From positions 9,740,678 to 9,804,677 of the forward strand of contig NC_081375.1 in the NCBI RefSeq assembly GCF_030684315.1: DNA of 64,000 nucleotides, given 5' to 3'. The notes beneath the pieces were generated by a model, which made no database searches, had not been told where the DNA came from, and saw only the letters and a list, made by a program, of their open reading frames with translations. This stretch comes from Stegostoma tigrinum (Eukaryota). A program made the position numbers and the translations under genes. This document shows, in pieces, positions 14,553 through 27,887 of the stretch; the stretch's first letter is position 1, and each line of letters opens with the position of its first letter.

Positions 14553-15830
14553 TATGAGGCTGGATGAACACAGCAGGCCCAGCAGCATCTCAGGAGCACA
14601 AAAGCTGACGTTTCGGGCCTAGACCCTTCATCAGAGAGGGGGACGGGGTGAGGGTTCTGGAATAAATAGGGAGAGAGGGGGAGGCGGAGAGAGAGGTCAG
14701 TCCAGGCAAGGCGGACAGGTCAAGGAGGTGGGATGAGGTTAGTAGGTAGGAGATGGAGGTGCGGCTTGGGGTGGGAGGAAGGGATGGGTGAGAGGAAGAA
14801 CAGGTTAGGGAGGCAGAGACAGGTTGGACTGGTTTTGGGATGCAGTGGGTGGAGGGGACGAACTGGGCTGGTTGTGTGGTGCAGTGGGGGGAGGGGACGA
14901 ACTGGGCTGGTTTTGGGATGCGGTGGGGGAAGGGGAGATTTTGAAGCTGGTGAAGTCCACATTGATACCATTGGGTTGCAGGAATACGAGTTGCTGTTCC
15001 TGCAACCTTCGGGTGGCATCACTGTGGCACTGCAGGAGGCCCATGATGGACATGTCATCTAAAGAATGGGAGGGGGAGTGGAAACGGTTTGCGACTGGGA
15101 GGTGCAGTTGTTTATTGCGAACCGAGCGGAGGTGTTCTGCAAAGCGGTCCCCAAGCCTCCGCTTGGTTTCCCCAATGTAGAGGAAGCCACACCGGGTACA
15201 ATGGATGCAGTATGCCACATTGGCAGATGTGCAGGTGAACCTCTGCTTAATATGGAAAGTCATCTTGGGGCCTGGGATGGGGGTGAGGGAGGAGGTGTGG
15301 GGGCAAGTGTAGCATTTCCTGCGGTTGCAGGGGAAGGTGCCGGGTGTGGTGGCGTTGGAGGGCAGTGTGGAGCGAACAAGGGAGTCACTGAGAGAGTGGT
15401 CTCTCTGGAAAGCAAACAAGGGTGGGGATGGAAAAATGTCTTGGGTGGTGGGGTCGGATTGTAGATGGCGGAAGTGTCGGAGGATGATGCTTTGTATCCG
15501 GAGGTTGGTGGGGTGGTGTGTGAGAATGAGGGAGATCCTCTTTGGGCGGTTGAGGCGGGGGCAGGGTGTGAGGCACGTGTTGCGGGAAATGCGGGAGACG
15601 CGGTCAAGGGCGTTCTCGACCACTGTGGGGGGGAAGTTGCGGTCCTTGAAGAACTTGGACATCTGGGATGTGCGAGAGTGGAATGCCTCATTGCGGGAGC
15701 AGATGCGGCGGAGGCAGTGGAATTGGGAATAGGGGATGGAATTTTTGCAGGAGGGTGGGTGGGAGGAGGTGTATTCTAGGTAGCTGTGGGAGTCGGTGGG
15801 CTTGAAATGGACATCAGTTACAAGCTGGTT
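14553..15830 (-). mobile_element. Penelope-like element, 5'-truncated single arm (RT thumb, GIY-YIG endonuclease, 3' end)
   Basis: ORF 14805..15662 has the Cys linker (CNRRKCYTC) and GIY-YIG-type endonuclease (NVAYCIHCTRCGFLYIGETKRRLGDRFAEH). Hammerhead motif near the 3' end. Confidence 0.92.
14604..14636 (-). ncRNA. Minimal type I hammerhead ribozyme motif (PLE-associated)
   Basis: Minus strand CUGAUGA-A-GGGU(CUAG)GCCC-GAAAC-GUC; intact catalytic core, with palindromic ACGU in place of helix III. Confidence 0.75.
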
Positions 15831-16754
15831 GAGGTACTGTTGTGTAGCCTGGTTATAGCCCTCCCTATGGTCTGGGAGCTCAGGAGGAGGAAGGCTTTCT
15901 TCAATTCTCTGTGTACCTACTTTAAGCTGCTGTAGGATTCCAGTATCAACTCATTTTCAGAAAGTGTTTTTTTTTGAGTACGCTCTTGCGAGCTGATTGG
16001 CTTTCAGCTTTCCCAACTTTTTCAGCATTGATGGGGATCCTTTTAAAGCAGTTTGCTGATAGTTGCTATCATGCATTAAAACCAGATTGGAATGTTTACG
16101 TCTTCGACAAGCGAGAGCTGTGAAACTGTGCTATTATAAATTAATAAATATTTGTTGTTACTTACACTATTTATAAGGTGAACTATTGCAGGACGTTATC
16201 AGAAACTCTCTCAGGCTTCACCTACATGGGATCTTACATTTTTTACAACATTTTGCATAATTTTAATCACTATTACGATTATTACATGTGAAAACTGGGT
16301 AGATGTTTTGGCAAGCAAGGGTAACAAGGCTGGGTCAGCAGATCTTCAATGGTATAACTTCTGCTAGGCAACAAGATGGTCGGTGAAAGATTATAGCTTT
16401 CAAACCTCCTGTGATGTCTTTTCACACACGTTGAAGCTAGACCCCTCAATCCCCTGAACCATTCAGGAACATGTTGTTGACAGGCCTGGCAGTCCATGGA
16501 GTCTCCACAGCTGGCACTTTCTTTGTGCGGACTTATGAAGTGTGATTAGTCTGGCGAGATTCCACCTAACTGTAAAGGACAAACCTGTATGTTCATATCT
16601 GGCCTGCAAAGTGACAGTGCACCCTCATCAGCAACGAGCTGATCTGCATTACAGAACTTGGCTACTCAATGCCTCAGTGAAGCACTGGATAAACATTGGT
16701 CTGATGAGAAGGAATCAGTCACAGAAGACAGTGTTTCCAGTTAACACAGTGCGG

Positions 16755-17050
16755 CAGATACACCTTCCAAACCCATGGCCACTTCCATCTAGAAGGACAA
16801 GGGCAGCAGATACCTGGGAACACCACCGACTGCAAGTTCCCCTTCAAGCCACTCATCATCATGACTTGAAAATATGTCCCGTTGCTGGGTCAAATCCTGG
16901 AATTCCCTCCCTCAGGGCATTGTGGGTCAACCCACAGCAGGTGAACTGCAGTGCTCAAGAAGGCAGCTCATCACAACCTTTTCAAGGGCAACTAGGGACA
17001 GGCAATAAATGCTAGCTAGTCAACAATGTCCATATCCCACGAATCAATTA
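16755..17050 (+). mobile_element. LINE 3' end (L2-like, clade uncertain)
   Basis: Runs from caccttccaaacccatggccacttccatctagaaggacaagg to ggcaataaatgct and an A-rich tail. Same family as 19495-19845 (inverted). Confidence 0.7.
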
Positions 17051-19494
17051 AAAAACCATAAAGGAACAAGACAGCTTCAATGAATATGCTTATACGGAGT
17101 TAAGTAAGCTTTAATAACTGGAGGCATTTCTAAATCAGCTAAAATGGCGAAGATTTTTGAAGGAAATTAGAAATGAAGAGTTCAAGATTTCTCATCCTTT
17201 TACCCACTGGTTGAAATGTTGTCAGCACTATATCAACTGTGGTGACAATTACTTACTAACTCTATGACAGAGTTATAATTCTGATCAAACGCCTAGTTGC
17301 TGTGCAAGTACTTCAAAGGCAGTCAAGCTTGTGAACCTTGTGCTAATGTACATTCCAGAAGAGAAATAAGGACAACATTTGAAACAAGATACAGAGATAA
17401 TGAGTAGCAAACTGTGCGCAGATCTAGGACAACCAGTCACAACATTGGTAATGATTTCACAGTGATCTAATTCTGGTTTATTTCCATACAGGAAATTTTT
17501 GCAATGTTTAGTTCTATCAGTAAAAGCATTACTTCAGCTCTGAAGGGATGTATTGCTGTAGTTTGTTGCAGAATGTAATGCTGCAGCGCAAACAGAAGTG
17601 AGATCAACTTTCTGATTCTGCACAATTTATGCACAGCACACTGCTTCCATCAAAAATACTCTCCTTAATGTGGTAACTCAGTTCCTAAAGCAATCAGATA
17701 TGCTAATTTCTAAAATAAATAGCACAGCTTCAGAATTACCGACAACTGATTAAGAATCAGATTAAAAAGCCACATTAATTTTATTCCCATTAATTTTGTA
17801 TTCTTCAAGGTCCATTCAGCAGCTTTCATTTCAAAGAACACTGTGCAAAAATCTTATTTTGGTTAACTGCTGTCCTTCACTCTGGTCACATCACAAAAAT
17901 TGCATGCTTCTCCTTTCTAATAACCCTAGCAGAATATCACTTAATAGATAATTATAGAAACATCATAATTGTACATGGTTGTCATTGAAAATAACATCTG
18001 GTTGCTATTAATAATGGAATGAGACTATCAATAGTTAGGACACCCCAATTCCTAATAGGTTTTAAGCCAGGGGCCTTCTGAATTCTAAAACAGAAGCAGG
18101 CTACCTTATTTTAGACTTTTATGCACTTTGAATAAAAGCACTTTCTACTTACCTCAAAGAACAATTTGCCAGAGAGGGAGAAGAATTACCATTGTGATTT
18201 TCTGCAGCCAGTAGCTCAACTACTTCCATCCCAACTATACATGAAAAATTTATGTTGACAAGTATTTTCCATCTGTTAAATCTTAGTCTATTGCCATGCT
18301 TTTGTCGAACTTTCCCATCAACAGTGTATATTGAGAAAAGAGGCCTAACTGAATATCTTTATGCGAAGAAAGGTTCTTACTTGATTTGATGTGAAGACAT
18401 GGAAATCCATGAAACTAACAAGAAACTGATTAGATTACTCTTCTGACAGGCTGCATAGGACTGCTAGAGAGAGCAACAAGGGACAGAATCCTTACTCCTA
18501 GAGGTTTAGACTGACATTAAAAGGCAAGTCAAAGGCTCAGCATTGGTCTGGATTGATGAGTAGGTTCACTGGCATTCATTTAGAAGTTATCAGAGGAAGA
18601 TGAATCCAGATGTCTCTCGGCATCCTAACGGATGACATCCAGATCTGCCCATTCAGTTCTCTCTCTTGAAAATGACTAGATCAGTTATTTAAATATTACT
18701 TGCTCAGAAAACTGAATTAAGTACCCTTTCCTACACCCATTAAAATTGTGACAATTTTTATCATGTGGAACTTCGGGCTTCACTTTCCTGAACAGGTAGC
18801 TCTTCAGCCAGAGTAAGAAAGTTATTGGTTTAAAAGTCATTCTGCAGAAAGCATTTTTAATTTATGTTGACACCTGGAGAGTGCCAAGAAACTGAGACGT
18901 CAGAGGTGTCATCATTCAAACATAACATCAAGAAAAGGAGCCAAATGGCCTGGTCAGTTTGAAATTAAGAATTATATGATAGTTATCAAAGAGGAACAGC
19001 AAATTCTATGAGTGTTGTGACCAAATTCGTTTATGCAGCAGCTATCAAGCATACAGAAACAGTCATGACTGTTCATGGAATATTACTGTGGGTACAACAG
19101 CTGCCGTATCAAAAACATAACAATGATTTCAAACTAAATGACTACAAACCTTTAGGAACATCTTCAAGAAATGTCATAAAGTGTTTTCATAATGCACGTT
19201 TTCCTTTCTCTATAGAAAGAGAACGTTATAATTTGAGAAGACAGTGAGGGAAACCTGACATTTCTTTTTCTTTTTCTTTCTTTTTTATTCTTTTATTTCA
19301 TTGAAGGCGATAGAAGAGACAGAACAACTGGCAATGCAGAGTCTCAGCCAATGCATTCAAATGTAAAGTTTGCAACAAGTTACAATCAGTGCTTTCAACA
19401 GCAGCTCAACAAATGCAGTCAAGAGAGATTTTTTATTAGTTCTGAATGTCAGGGTACATGAAGTACAATGATCTTGCTTAATCAAACTTTTCCC

Positions 19495-19845
19495 CTTTTT
19501 CATTCATGGGACCTGGGCATTACTGGGTTGGCCAGCACTTATTGCCCAACTCTGGATGCTCTTCAGGTGGTGGTGGTGAACTGCTTTCTTAAAATATTGA
19601 AATCCATTTTGTGCTGGTAGCTCCATAGTGGTGTTAGGGAAGGGAGTTTCAGGATTAGGCCCAGCGACATTGAAGGAGCAATGATACATTTCCACTTTAG
19701 GATGCTGAGTGGCAAGAAGGGAAACTTGCAGCTGGTGGTGTTCCCATGCACGTGATCCCCATATCCTTCTTGACAGTAGTTGTGGTGAATTTGGAAGGTG
19801 TTACCTAAGGAGCCTTGGTGAATCCCTGGCTGATAATGCAAAATG
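19495..19845 (-). mobile_element. LINE 3' end (L2-like, clade uncertain)
   Basis: Reverse-complement similarity to 16755-17050. Confidence 0.7.
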
Positions 19846-19957
19846 AATCCCTCTAAGCAATTAGCCAATTTGTTTGTAGAAAACAGGCTTCAGCAAACAG
19901 CCTTTTGAAACAAATTCATCTGTTAAGATGCGCATTTCACCTGGTTTTGCCTTATGT

Positions 19958-20225
19958 GGTGACAGGGGAAAGATCTAAATGGGATCTAAGGGGCAACGTT
20001 TTCACACAGAGGGTGGTGTGTGTATGGCATGAGCTGCCAGAGGAAGTGGTGGATCCTGGTAAAATTACAATATTTACAAGGCATCTGGATTGGTATATGA
20101 ACAGGAAGGGTTTTGAGGGATATGGGCCAAATGTTGGCAAATGGGACAAGATGTATTTAGGACATCTGATTAGCATGGACAAGTTGGACTGAAGGCTCTG
20201 TTTCCATGCTGTACATCTCTATTAC
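19958..20225 (+). mobile_element. CR1-like LINE 3' fragment
   Basis: Translation GERSKWDLRGNVFTQRVVCVWHELPEEVV, followed by the 3' UTR. Confidence 0.85.
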
Positions 20226-20934
20226 TAAGTTCCAGAACCACAAGACTATTACAACACAGAAGGAAGCCAGTCTACCCATCATGTTGATGTGAATCTTTCA
20301 AAGAGCAAGCTGATAAATTCTACTTTCTGGTTCTCTCTCCACAGCATGATAAATTAAATTCCCTCCCTAATGGCATTGTGGGTCAACCCACTGCAGGTAG
20401 AATAAAGGGGTTCAACAAGAGCAACTACGGATGGACAACAAATGCTGCTGCGACCAACGATATCTACATCTCACAAATGAAAATAAAATTCTTTCAACTA
20501 CTTATCCAACTTCCTTTTCAAAGTTACCATGCATCCCACAAATCAAAATCCTCCGAGAAGGGACTCCTCTGCCACATTAAACAGGTTATTTACTGTTTCA
20601 AGCCCTTTATAACTTGTAACAACCCTACAAAATACCAGCTTACCTTTCTCTTGTATGGATAACCACCCCAGAATCTCTAGTCTCCCACTATAACTGAAAT
20701 TTCAGTGCAGAAAACAATTGCTTGAAAAGGGAATATCCAAGTTTAATTACAAATCAGATTTCAAATCTCAGGGAACCACTGGGGATAACTGAACATAAAT
20801 TATTCTATTTGCCCCTGGAGAAAGAATGCCCTGTTAATGAATTATTATTTTATGGTTGGTGAAAGACTCCCAGATGCAGTACATACTTAAGCAGAACTAG
20901 ACCTAAAAATGTCAAAATATACTGGAGGAATTGA

Positions 20935-21205
20935 AGTAGGGGAGTACAAAACTAGAGGGCATAATTTTAGTGTGAGTGGAGAAAGACTGAAAAGGACCTG
21001 AGGGGTAACTTTTTCGACACCGAGGGTGGTTCATATGTGGAATGAACAGCCAGAGGAAGTGATAGTTGCAGGTACACTAGTAAGAAAGATTTAGAGGGAT
21101 ATGGACAAAATGCAGGCAAAAGGAACTAGTTTAGTTTGGGAAACTTGGTCAGCATAGTCAGATTGGACCAAAGGGCTTCCCTGCTGTATGATTTTATGAC
21201 ACTAT
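20935..21205 (+). mobile_element. CR1-like LINE 3' fragment
   Basis: aaaactagagggcat...gagggtggttcatatgtggaatgaacagccagaggaagtg, followed by the 3' UTR. Confidence 0.75.
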
Positions 21206-21449
21206 AACAAAGCGTTTCCATCCCAAAACTATCTAAAAACTTGTTAAAGTCCATACTAGACATCCGTACGCAAAACTGACTAAAGGTTCATCAACTTCTT
21301 ATCATTAAAATTTTCATTCATAAAATCAAACACCATTTCCATTATTTGACAGGGTATCTAGTTCTCCTGGGTCAACCTTGAAACCGAGCAACTGATCAGC
21401 TATAGATTAATCACTCTCATTATCCCAGACGATCAGTGGCTCTGTTATG

Positions 21450-21584
21450 CCACCAGTCCTGATGTAGGGTCTGGGCCTGAAACGTCGACTGTCCTGCTCC
21501 TTTGATGCTACCTGGCCTGCTGTGTTTCTCCAGCTCCATACTGTATCAACTCTGACTCCAGCACCTGCAGTTCCCGCTATCTCC
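21450..21584 (+). mobile_element. PLE 3'-end fragment with hammerhead motif (5-bp helix I; core CUGAUGA mutated to CUGAUGU)
   Basis: cagtc-CTGATGT-AGGGTCTGGGCCT-GAAAC-GTC-gactg, then the PLE terminal sequence (gatgct.cctggcctgctgtg...ctccagca.ctgcagttccc.ctatctc). Confidence 0.75.
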
Positions 21585-21824
21585 CTGGTATCTCACCGGT
21601 TTGGAAGTATGTCCTTATTTCACATCACCAAATTATGCCCCATAGGATCTTTGATTCAAATCCCACATCAGTACTGAAATCTGTTCTTCGCTTTCTATTA
21701 TCTGGGTCTGAAGATCAGATAGTTTGGGGATTTTGTGTCTTTCACTTAAAATGTTTAATTTTTGTGATAACTCAGAAATAACCAGTCTTGATTTCCAGTC
21801 TGCTACTCCAATGAGTTGCAACAG

Positions 21825-22925
21825 AAGATTGGCCAGCTAATAGGAAACATTCGGCATAAGTGAGTCATTTTGCAGGAGGCAAGACGTAATGGGTTGTGCC
21901 ACAGCGATCAGTGTATGGACCTCAATGTTTAACAATTTTGATAATTGGCTTGGATGAAAGAATCAAACGTATTGTTGCTAAACCTGCTGATGACATTAAG
22001 ATGGGCAGAAGAGTAATTTGTGAAGAGGACACAAGGAAGCTACAAAGGTTTACAGGTCGGATTAAAAAAAAGTTAGTTAAATATGGAAAATATAAACTGC
22101 CCTTTGGCATGAAAAGTTAAAACAGAAGTATTTTAAGCAAATGGTAAGAAATTGCAGAATTCAGAGAGACAGAGGAGCCTAGGTATCCTAATGCATGACT
22201 TACAAAAAGCTGATAGGTGGATACAGCATGTAATTTGGAAAGTTACTTAGTATCAACAACAACAAAGTTATTGGAAAAGCTCAGCAGGTCTGGCAGCAAC
22301 CGTGCAGAAAAATCAGTGTTAACGTTTCAGTACCGGTGACACTTCCTCAGGACAGTGCAGCACATTTTACTTAGTATTAACATTTATTGTGAATACAAAA
22401 GTAGGGAGGTTATGCTTAAGTTATACAAGACATTGGTGAGATTTCAGTTAGAATACTGCGAACAGTATTGGTCTTCTTTAAGGACACAAAATAAATGCAT
22501 AGGAAGGCATGCAGAGAAGTCTCACCTGGGTTATCTTATGAGGGATGGTTGAATCCACTAGAACAAGAAGTGACTGGAATGAGACACAGAAGGTCTTGAT
22601 AGGGTGCCTATGGAGAGGATGTTTCCTCATGCAGGATAATCTAAAACAAGGGGTCACTGTTTAAATATGAGGGATAGTCCATTTGAGAGACAGATAAGGA
22701 GAACTTATTTTCTCTCAGCAGGCCACGAGTCTTTGGCGCTCTCTTCCTCAAAAGATGGTCCAGGGAAAGTCTTTAAAGTAGAGATGGATACATTCTCGAT
22801 AAGCAAGAGGATGACAGTTACTGGACTTGTACAGGATTTTAAACAACTCAGATCAGCATGATCCTACTGAATGACAAAGCATTTCCAAGGTCCCAGGTGG
22901 CCTATTCATGCTCCGAGTTAGTAGG
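21825..22925 (+). mobile_element. Old CR1-like LINE (RT to 3' end), interrupted at 22254-22366
   Basis: Degenerate PQRSVYGPQ, AKPADD and MLKLYKTLVRFQLEYCEQYWS motifs. Confidence 0.85.
22254..22366 (-). mobile_element. 113-bp PLE terminal fragment carrying a hammerhead motif, with 11-bp TSD
   Basis: Direct repeat ttacttagtat at 22243-22253 and 22367-22377. Minus strand CUGAGGA-AGUG(UCACCGG)UACU-GAAAC-GUU. Confidence 0.75.
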
Positions 22926-23432
22926 TTCATGCTCAATTAAGTATTAATTTCTCCCAACAAGTCCTAAAATAGACTGTTGAGCTCAACTTGGAGAATCAAC
23001 AGAAACACGGTCCCATTGTAGTCAGGTGTCAGGCTGCGAGTGTGACGACATGGTTTCAGCAGCAATCAATACAATGCAAGCCAGTGAAAAAAACTCAAAA
23101 TTAATTGACTCCAACATGTTAATAAACGAGACCAGTTCAGCAGTGTGTGCAAATGTACACAGATTAACTGAGGTGCAGTCGGAAACATCCCTCATGAATA
23201 CCCATAGTGCCTAATTTGCATAAAGCAAGGGGGCTCAAGTCCAATTGGATTGTGCAATCCATGGGTCTGGCAAAATGCATCTGAAACTCCATTATGCATG
23301 CAGAATTTAAACACTGATAGAATATGTTCTGACCAAGGGCATAAACTTGGTGCCTTTTATTTTACTATGATATTAATCAGGAATTTGGATACTTCCTGAA
23401 TTAAACAGATTAGGTTGCAGAGATACAACTTC

Positions 23433-23727
23433 TTAGAATCCCTACAGAGTAGAAGCAGGCCATGTGACCCATCGATTCCACAGTGATGCTACGAAGAGCA
23501 TAACAGATATCCCACCCCCCTACTCCATCCCTGTAACCCTGCATTTCCCATGGTTAGTTCGCCTAGCATGCACATCTTTGGACAGTGAAAGGAAACTGCA
23601 GCACCCAGAAGAAACCCACACAAACATGGAGAAAACATGCAAACTCCACACAGTCAACCGAGATTGGAAACAAACCCAGGTCCCAGGTGCTGAGAGTCAG
23701 TAGTGCTAACCACTGAGCCACCATGCC
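23433..23727 (-). mobile_element. HE1-like SINE
   Basis: Reverse complement of the 2056 and 34432 copies; head GGCATGGTGGCTCAGTGGTTAGCACT. Confidence 0.85.
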
Positions 23728-24162
23728 ACTCCCAGTTCTTGCCTGCAAGCATTGAAAAATTACTTGAACTCAGAACAGTCAAACTGTTAGGAGCACATAG
23801 GAACAACAATAAAACACTGCCAGTTGAGGGGAAGTATTTTTAAAAGCAGAGACATATACAGACATTGTCATTGTTAATTTTGGACATTTTAAGGCAAATA
23901 CACTCATATTGTTACACCTCATTGAAAGCCTACTCCTTCAGGAAAAGTAGAATGTTGAATCAAAAAGCATCATCTCTCCATGAAAGAAAACAGCATGCCA
24001 ATTATAACACAATTACCACCTTCCATTAGAAACTCTAATGAAATTTTTTCCATCACAGTAATTAAGAGTTTGCATAACAGCTTTGAATTCCACTGAACTA
24101 AATCCATACCTCATTATTACGGCACAGATCACTGCAAAGAATCACTGTAGTTAATGCATAGA

Positions 24163-25303
24163 AGCAAGGCGTTCGATAAGGTTCCCCACAATACGCCATT
24201 GTACAAAATGTGGAGGAATGGAATTGTGGGAGATATAGCCGTTTGGATCAGAAATTGGCTTGCTGAAAGAAGACAGAGGGTGGTAGTTGATGGGAAATGT
24301 TCGTTCTGGAGACCAGTTACTAGTGGTGTACCGCAAGGGTCAGTGCTGGGTCCACTGCTGTTTGTCATTTTCATAAATGACCTGGATGAGGGCGTAGAAC
24401 GATGGGTTAGTAAATTTGCAGATGACGCTAAGGTCGGTGGAGTTGTGGATAGTGACGAAGGATGCCATAGGTTGCAGAGAGACATAGATAAGCTGCAGAG
24501 CTGGGCTGAGAGGTGGCAAATGGAGTTTAATGCAGACAAGTGTGAGGTGATGCACTTTGGGAGGAGTAACCGGAAGGCAAAGTACAGGGCTAATGGTAAG
24601 ATTCTTAGTAGTGTAGATGAGCAGAGAGATCTCGGTGTCCATGTACACGGATCGTTGAAAGTTGCCACCCAGGTTGACAGGGCTGTTAAGAAGGCATACA
24701 GTGTTTTAGCTTTTATTAATAGAGTGATCGAGTTCCGGAACCAAGAGGTTATGCTGCAGCTGTACAAAACTCTGGTGCGGCCGCACTTGGAGTATTGTGT
24801 ACAGTTCTGGTCACTGCATTATAAGAAGGATGTGGAAGCTTTGGAAAGGGTGCAGAGGAGATTTATTAGGATGTTGCCTGATAGGGAGGGAAGGTCTTAC
24901 GAGGAAAGGCTGAGGGACTTGAGGCTGTTTTCATTAGAGAGAAGAAGGTTGAGAGGTGACTTATTTGAGTCATATAAAACAATCAGAGGGTTAGATAGGT
25001 TGGATAGGGAGAGCCTTTTTCTTAGGATGGTGACGACAAGCACGAGGGGGCATAGCTTTAAATGGAGGGGTGAAAGATATAGGACAGATGTCAGAGGTAG
25101 TTTCTTTACTCAGAGAGTAGTCAGGGAATGAAACGCTTTGCCTGCAACGGTAGTAGATTCGCCAACTTCAGGTACATTTAAGTCGTCATTGGATAAGCAT
25201 ATGGACGTACATGGAATAGCGTAGGTTAGCTGGGCTTGAGATCGGTATGACAGGTCGGCACAACAGAGGGCCGAAGGGCCTGTACTGTGCTGTAATGTTC
25301 TAT
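24163..25303 (+). mobile_element. Young 5'-truncated CR1/HER1-like LINE
   Basis: 325-aa ORF with [18 protein letters not shown] and KFADD; premature stop near the end (TGG>TGA); tgttcta tail. Very similar to 3123-4342. Confidence 0.95.
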
Positions 25304-25867
25304 AAGACTGACTTCATCTGGAACTACCACTGTGACAGCAACACCTTTAGCTTTATCATAAACATATTGAACATCATGCAGTGATGCGTCTAAGGGAAAT
25401 CTAACAACATCTTTTGTTATGAACTAGAGAGATGGCTTCTCCACTTGTGTTTTTTCCCCCCACTCAAAGTAGCAATGGAGAGTAATGAATTAAGCTTACT
25501 GGCACAGTGATTCAAGTGTCTGCATTTACTAACACACATGAAAGAAAAAAAACTGATTGTTTCAGTAGTTATTCCCATTTAGAAATGATTATTGCAGCAA
25601 TTTTTGAACTGAAATATTGGTCAGAGGGTTCTTTGTATCCAAATAAAACCCCATTTATGACCAGTTCTCTTTTAGAGCAGGTTCCAAAAACATCTTCACT
25701 GTTGATTTGGAGCCTTCCACCAGCTCTGTCTGCACCAAGACCAGAGAGACAGTGACACAAAAGGTGACTGTCTTAATTGTTCTCTAGTGGCTATTTTAAG
25801 ACATATTCTGGTGATGAAATGGAACTGTCTTAGGGTAGCATGGGTTAGATTTCAAATGAACAATTTT

Positions 25868-26027
25868 AAAGTGCATTTATATGGCATCTTTCACAAAACA
25901 GGACAGCCCAAAGCACTTTAGGACTGTTAATTAAGTACCTTTGAAGTGCCTTCACTGTCGCAATGCAGGAAGGTGACAACCATTTGTGGACAGCAAGATT
26001 CCACAAATAGCAAAGTTATCATGACCA
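25868..26027 (-). mobile_element. Deu-domain SINE 3' fragment
   Basis: Reverse-complement similarity to the 3' part of 58020-58445. Confidence 0.55.
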
Positions 26028-27887
26028 AAGCAAAGTCAGACAGTCACACTGTCAACTCTATATGAAAGGAACACAGAATAAAGGTGCAGACAATTCAGCC
26101 CTGAAAGCCTGTTGCGCCATTCATTATGGTCATGGCTGATCATCCAAATCCTACTTTCCCCCTAATATGCTTTAGTGCCTTTCACCCCAAGTGCTTTACC
26201 CAACTCCTCATACATTTTTTTGGCTTTGACTGCTTTCTGTGATTGTGAATTCCACAGGCTCACCAAAGTAAAACTAAATGTCAACTTTGAACCACGTCAT
26301 CAAAATGTATCATGTGTAAATTAACACAAACTGAGTACATCACACGAGTCTTTAAGGGCTGCTGTGGAGCAGTGACCGTATTCCTGTCTCTGAGCTGGAA
26401 AACTTGGTTTTAAGTCCTATCTGTTCCAGTGGTGTATAATGGCACATCTCAACAGGTCAATTTTTTTTAAAAAAATCAACTGGTCTTTCAATTAGTATAT
26501 ATCGAAAGATTGATCAAAATCTATCGGCAGACTGCAGTTAATAACCTTTGAATATTCAGGGATTTAGGAGCAGAAAATTTTTCCGACCTAAGGACTGTGG
26601 TATATTTGAGTTCCAAAGAAACTTCTCTTAAAAAAAGAAAGTGCTTTTGAAAAAAGAAAAAAAGATGAGAAGGTCCACAAAAACTAAAAGAACAGTAATA
26701 AAAGATTGTGAAATATAGTTAAATTAATTAACAAGCTGAATAGAGAGACTAGAATTAAATGGATTCATCAAAATTAATAGTCATAGTTAATGGTGCTAGA
26801 CTTGCCACAATTCTGCACGTGATCTAATTTCTTACTGAATAGCTCCGTTGAACATGCCTCTACCACACTCACAGGCAGTGCACTGTGTGCCCGAACCACA
26901 CTTCATATGAAAAGGTTCACTTCATGTCACTTTTGCTTCTACTGGGATGTTACTAATTTAAGTCTGTTCCCTCTCATCCTCAATCCTTCCACATGTGGGA
27001 AATATTTCCCCCATTTACTTGAACCAGGCCTTTGACAATTTTAAATAATTCAATTAGGTCTACTGTCAATCTTCTCTTCCTGATGGAAAATAGTCCCAAC
27101 TTCTCAAATTAATTCTCATTGCTGAAATTACCCATGGCCGGAATCATTTATATAAACATTTTCTGCATTCTCTTCAATGCCTTCACATTCTTTCTAAGGT
27201 GTGGCATCCAGACCTAGAAACAATACCCCAACTGAGGCTGAATCAGTGTTGTGCATTAGTTCAAGATCACTGCCTTGCTCTTACAAACAATGACACACAG
27301 GATACCGTGCTCATGAATTCTTTCAGCTAATCTAGGTGCCTAAAATTACTGATAGACATATAAAACACCCAAAAAGCCTCTGCTCCTGCATCTGCCTCAG
27401 CATTGTATCTTTATTTTATACAATCCATCCAAGTTCCTCCAACTAAAATGTATCACCTCACACTTCTGTGTATTCATGTATTACATATTGGTTCATTCCA
27501 CAAATTTGCTCTATCCTTTGAGTTCTACACTATCCTCCTTGCAGCTTACAATGCTTCCTTTATCATTGACAAATTGTGAAATTGTGCCAAACATCAAGGC
27601 CTAGATCATTATTATATATCGGGAAAAGCAAATGTTTCAACATAGGCCAATGGAGGAAAACTCCACTACAGATCTTCCACAGCCAGGAAAACATCCAATA
27701 ACCACAATTCTCTGTTTCTTTTCACTCAGCCAAATTCTTTTAAATTCATTCATGGGATGTGGGGGTCATTGGTTGAACCACTATTTATTACCCATTCCTA
27801 ATCACCCAGAGGGCAGTTAAGAGACAACCACATTGCTATGGGTCTGAAGTCTCAGTCATCCAGCAAGGAAACAGACCCTTTAGCCCA

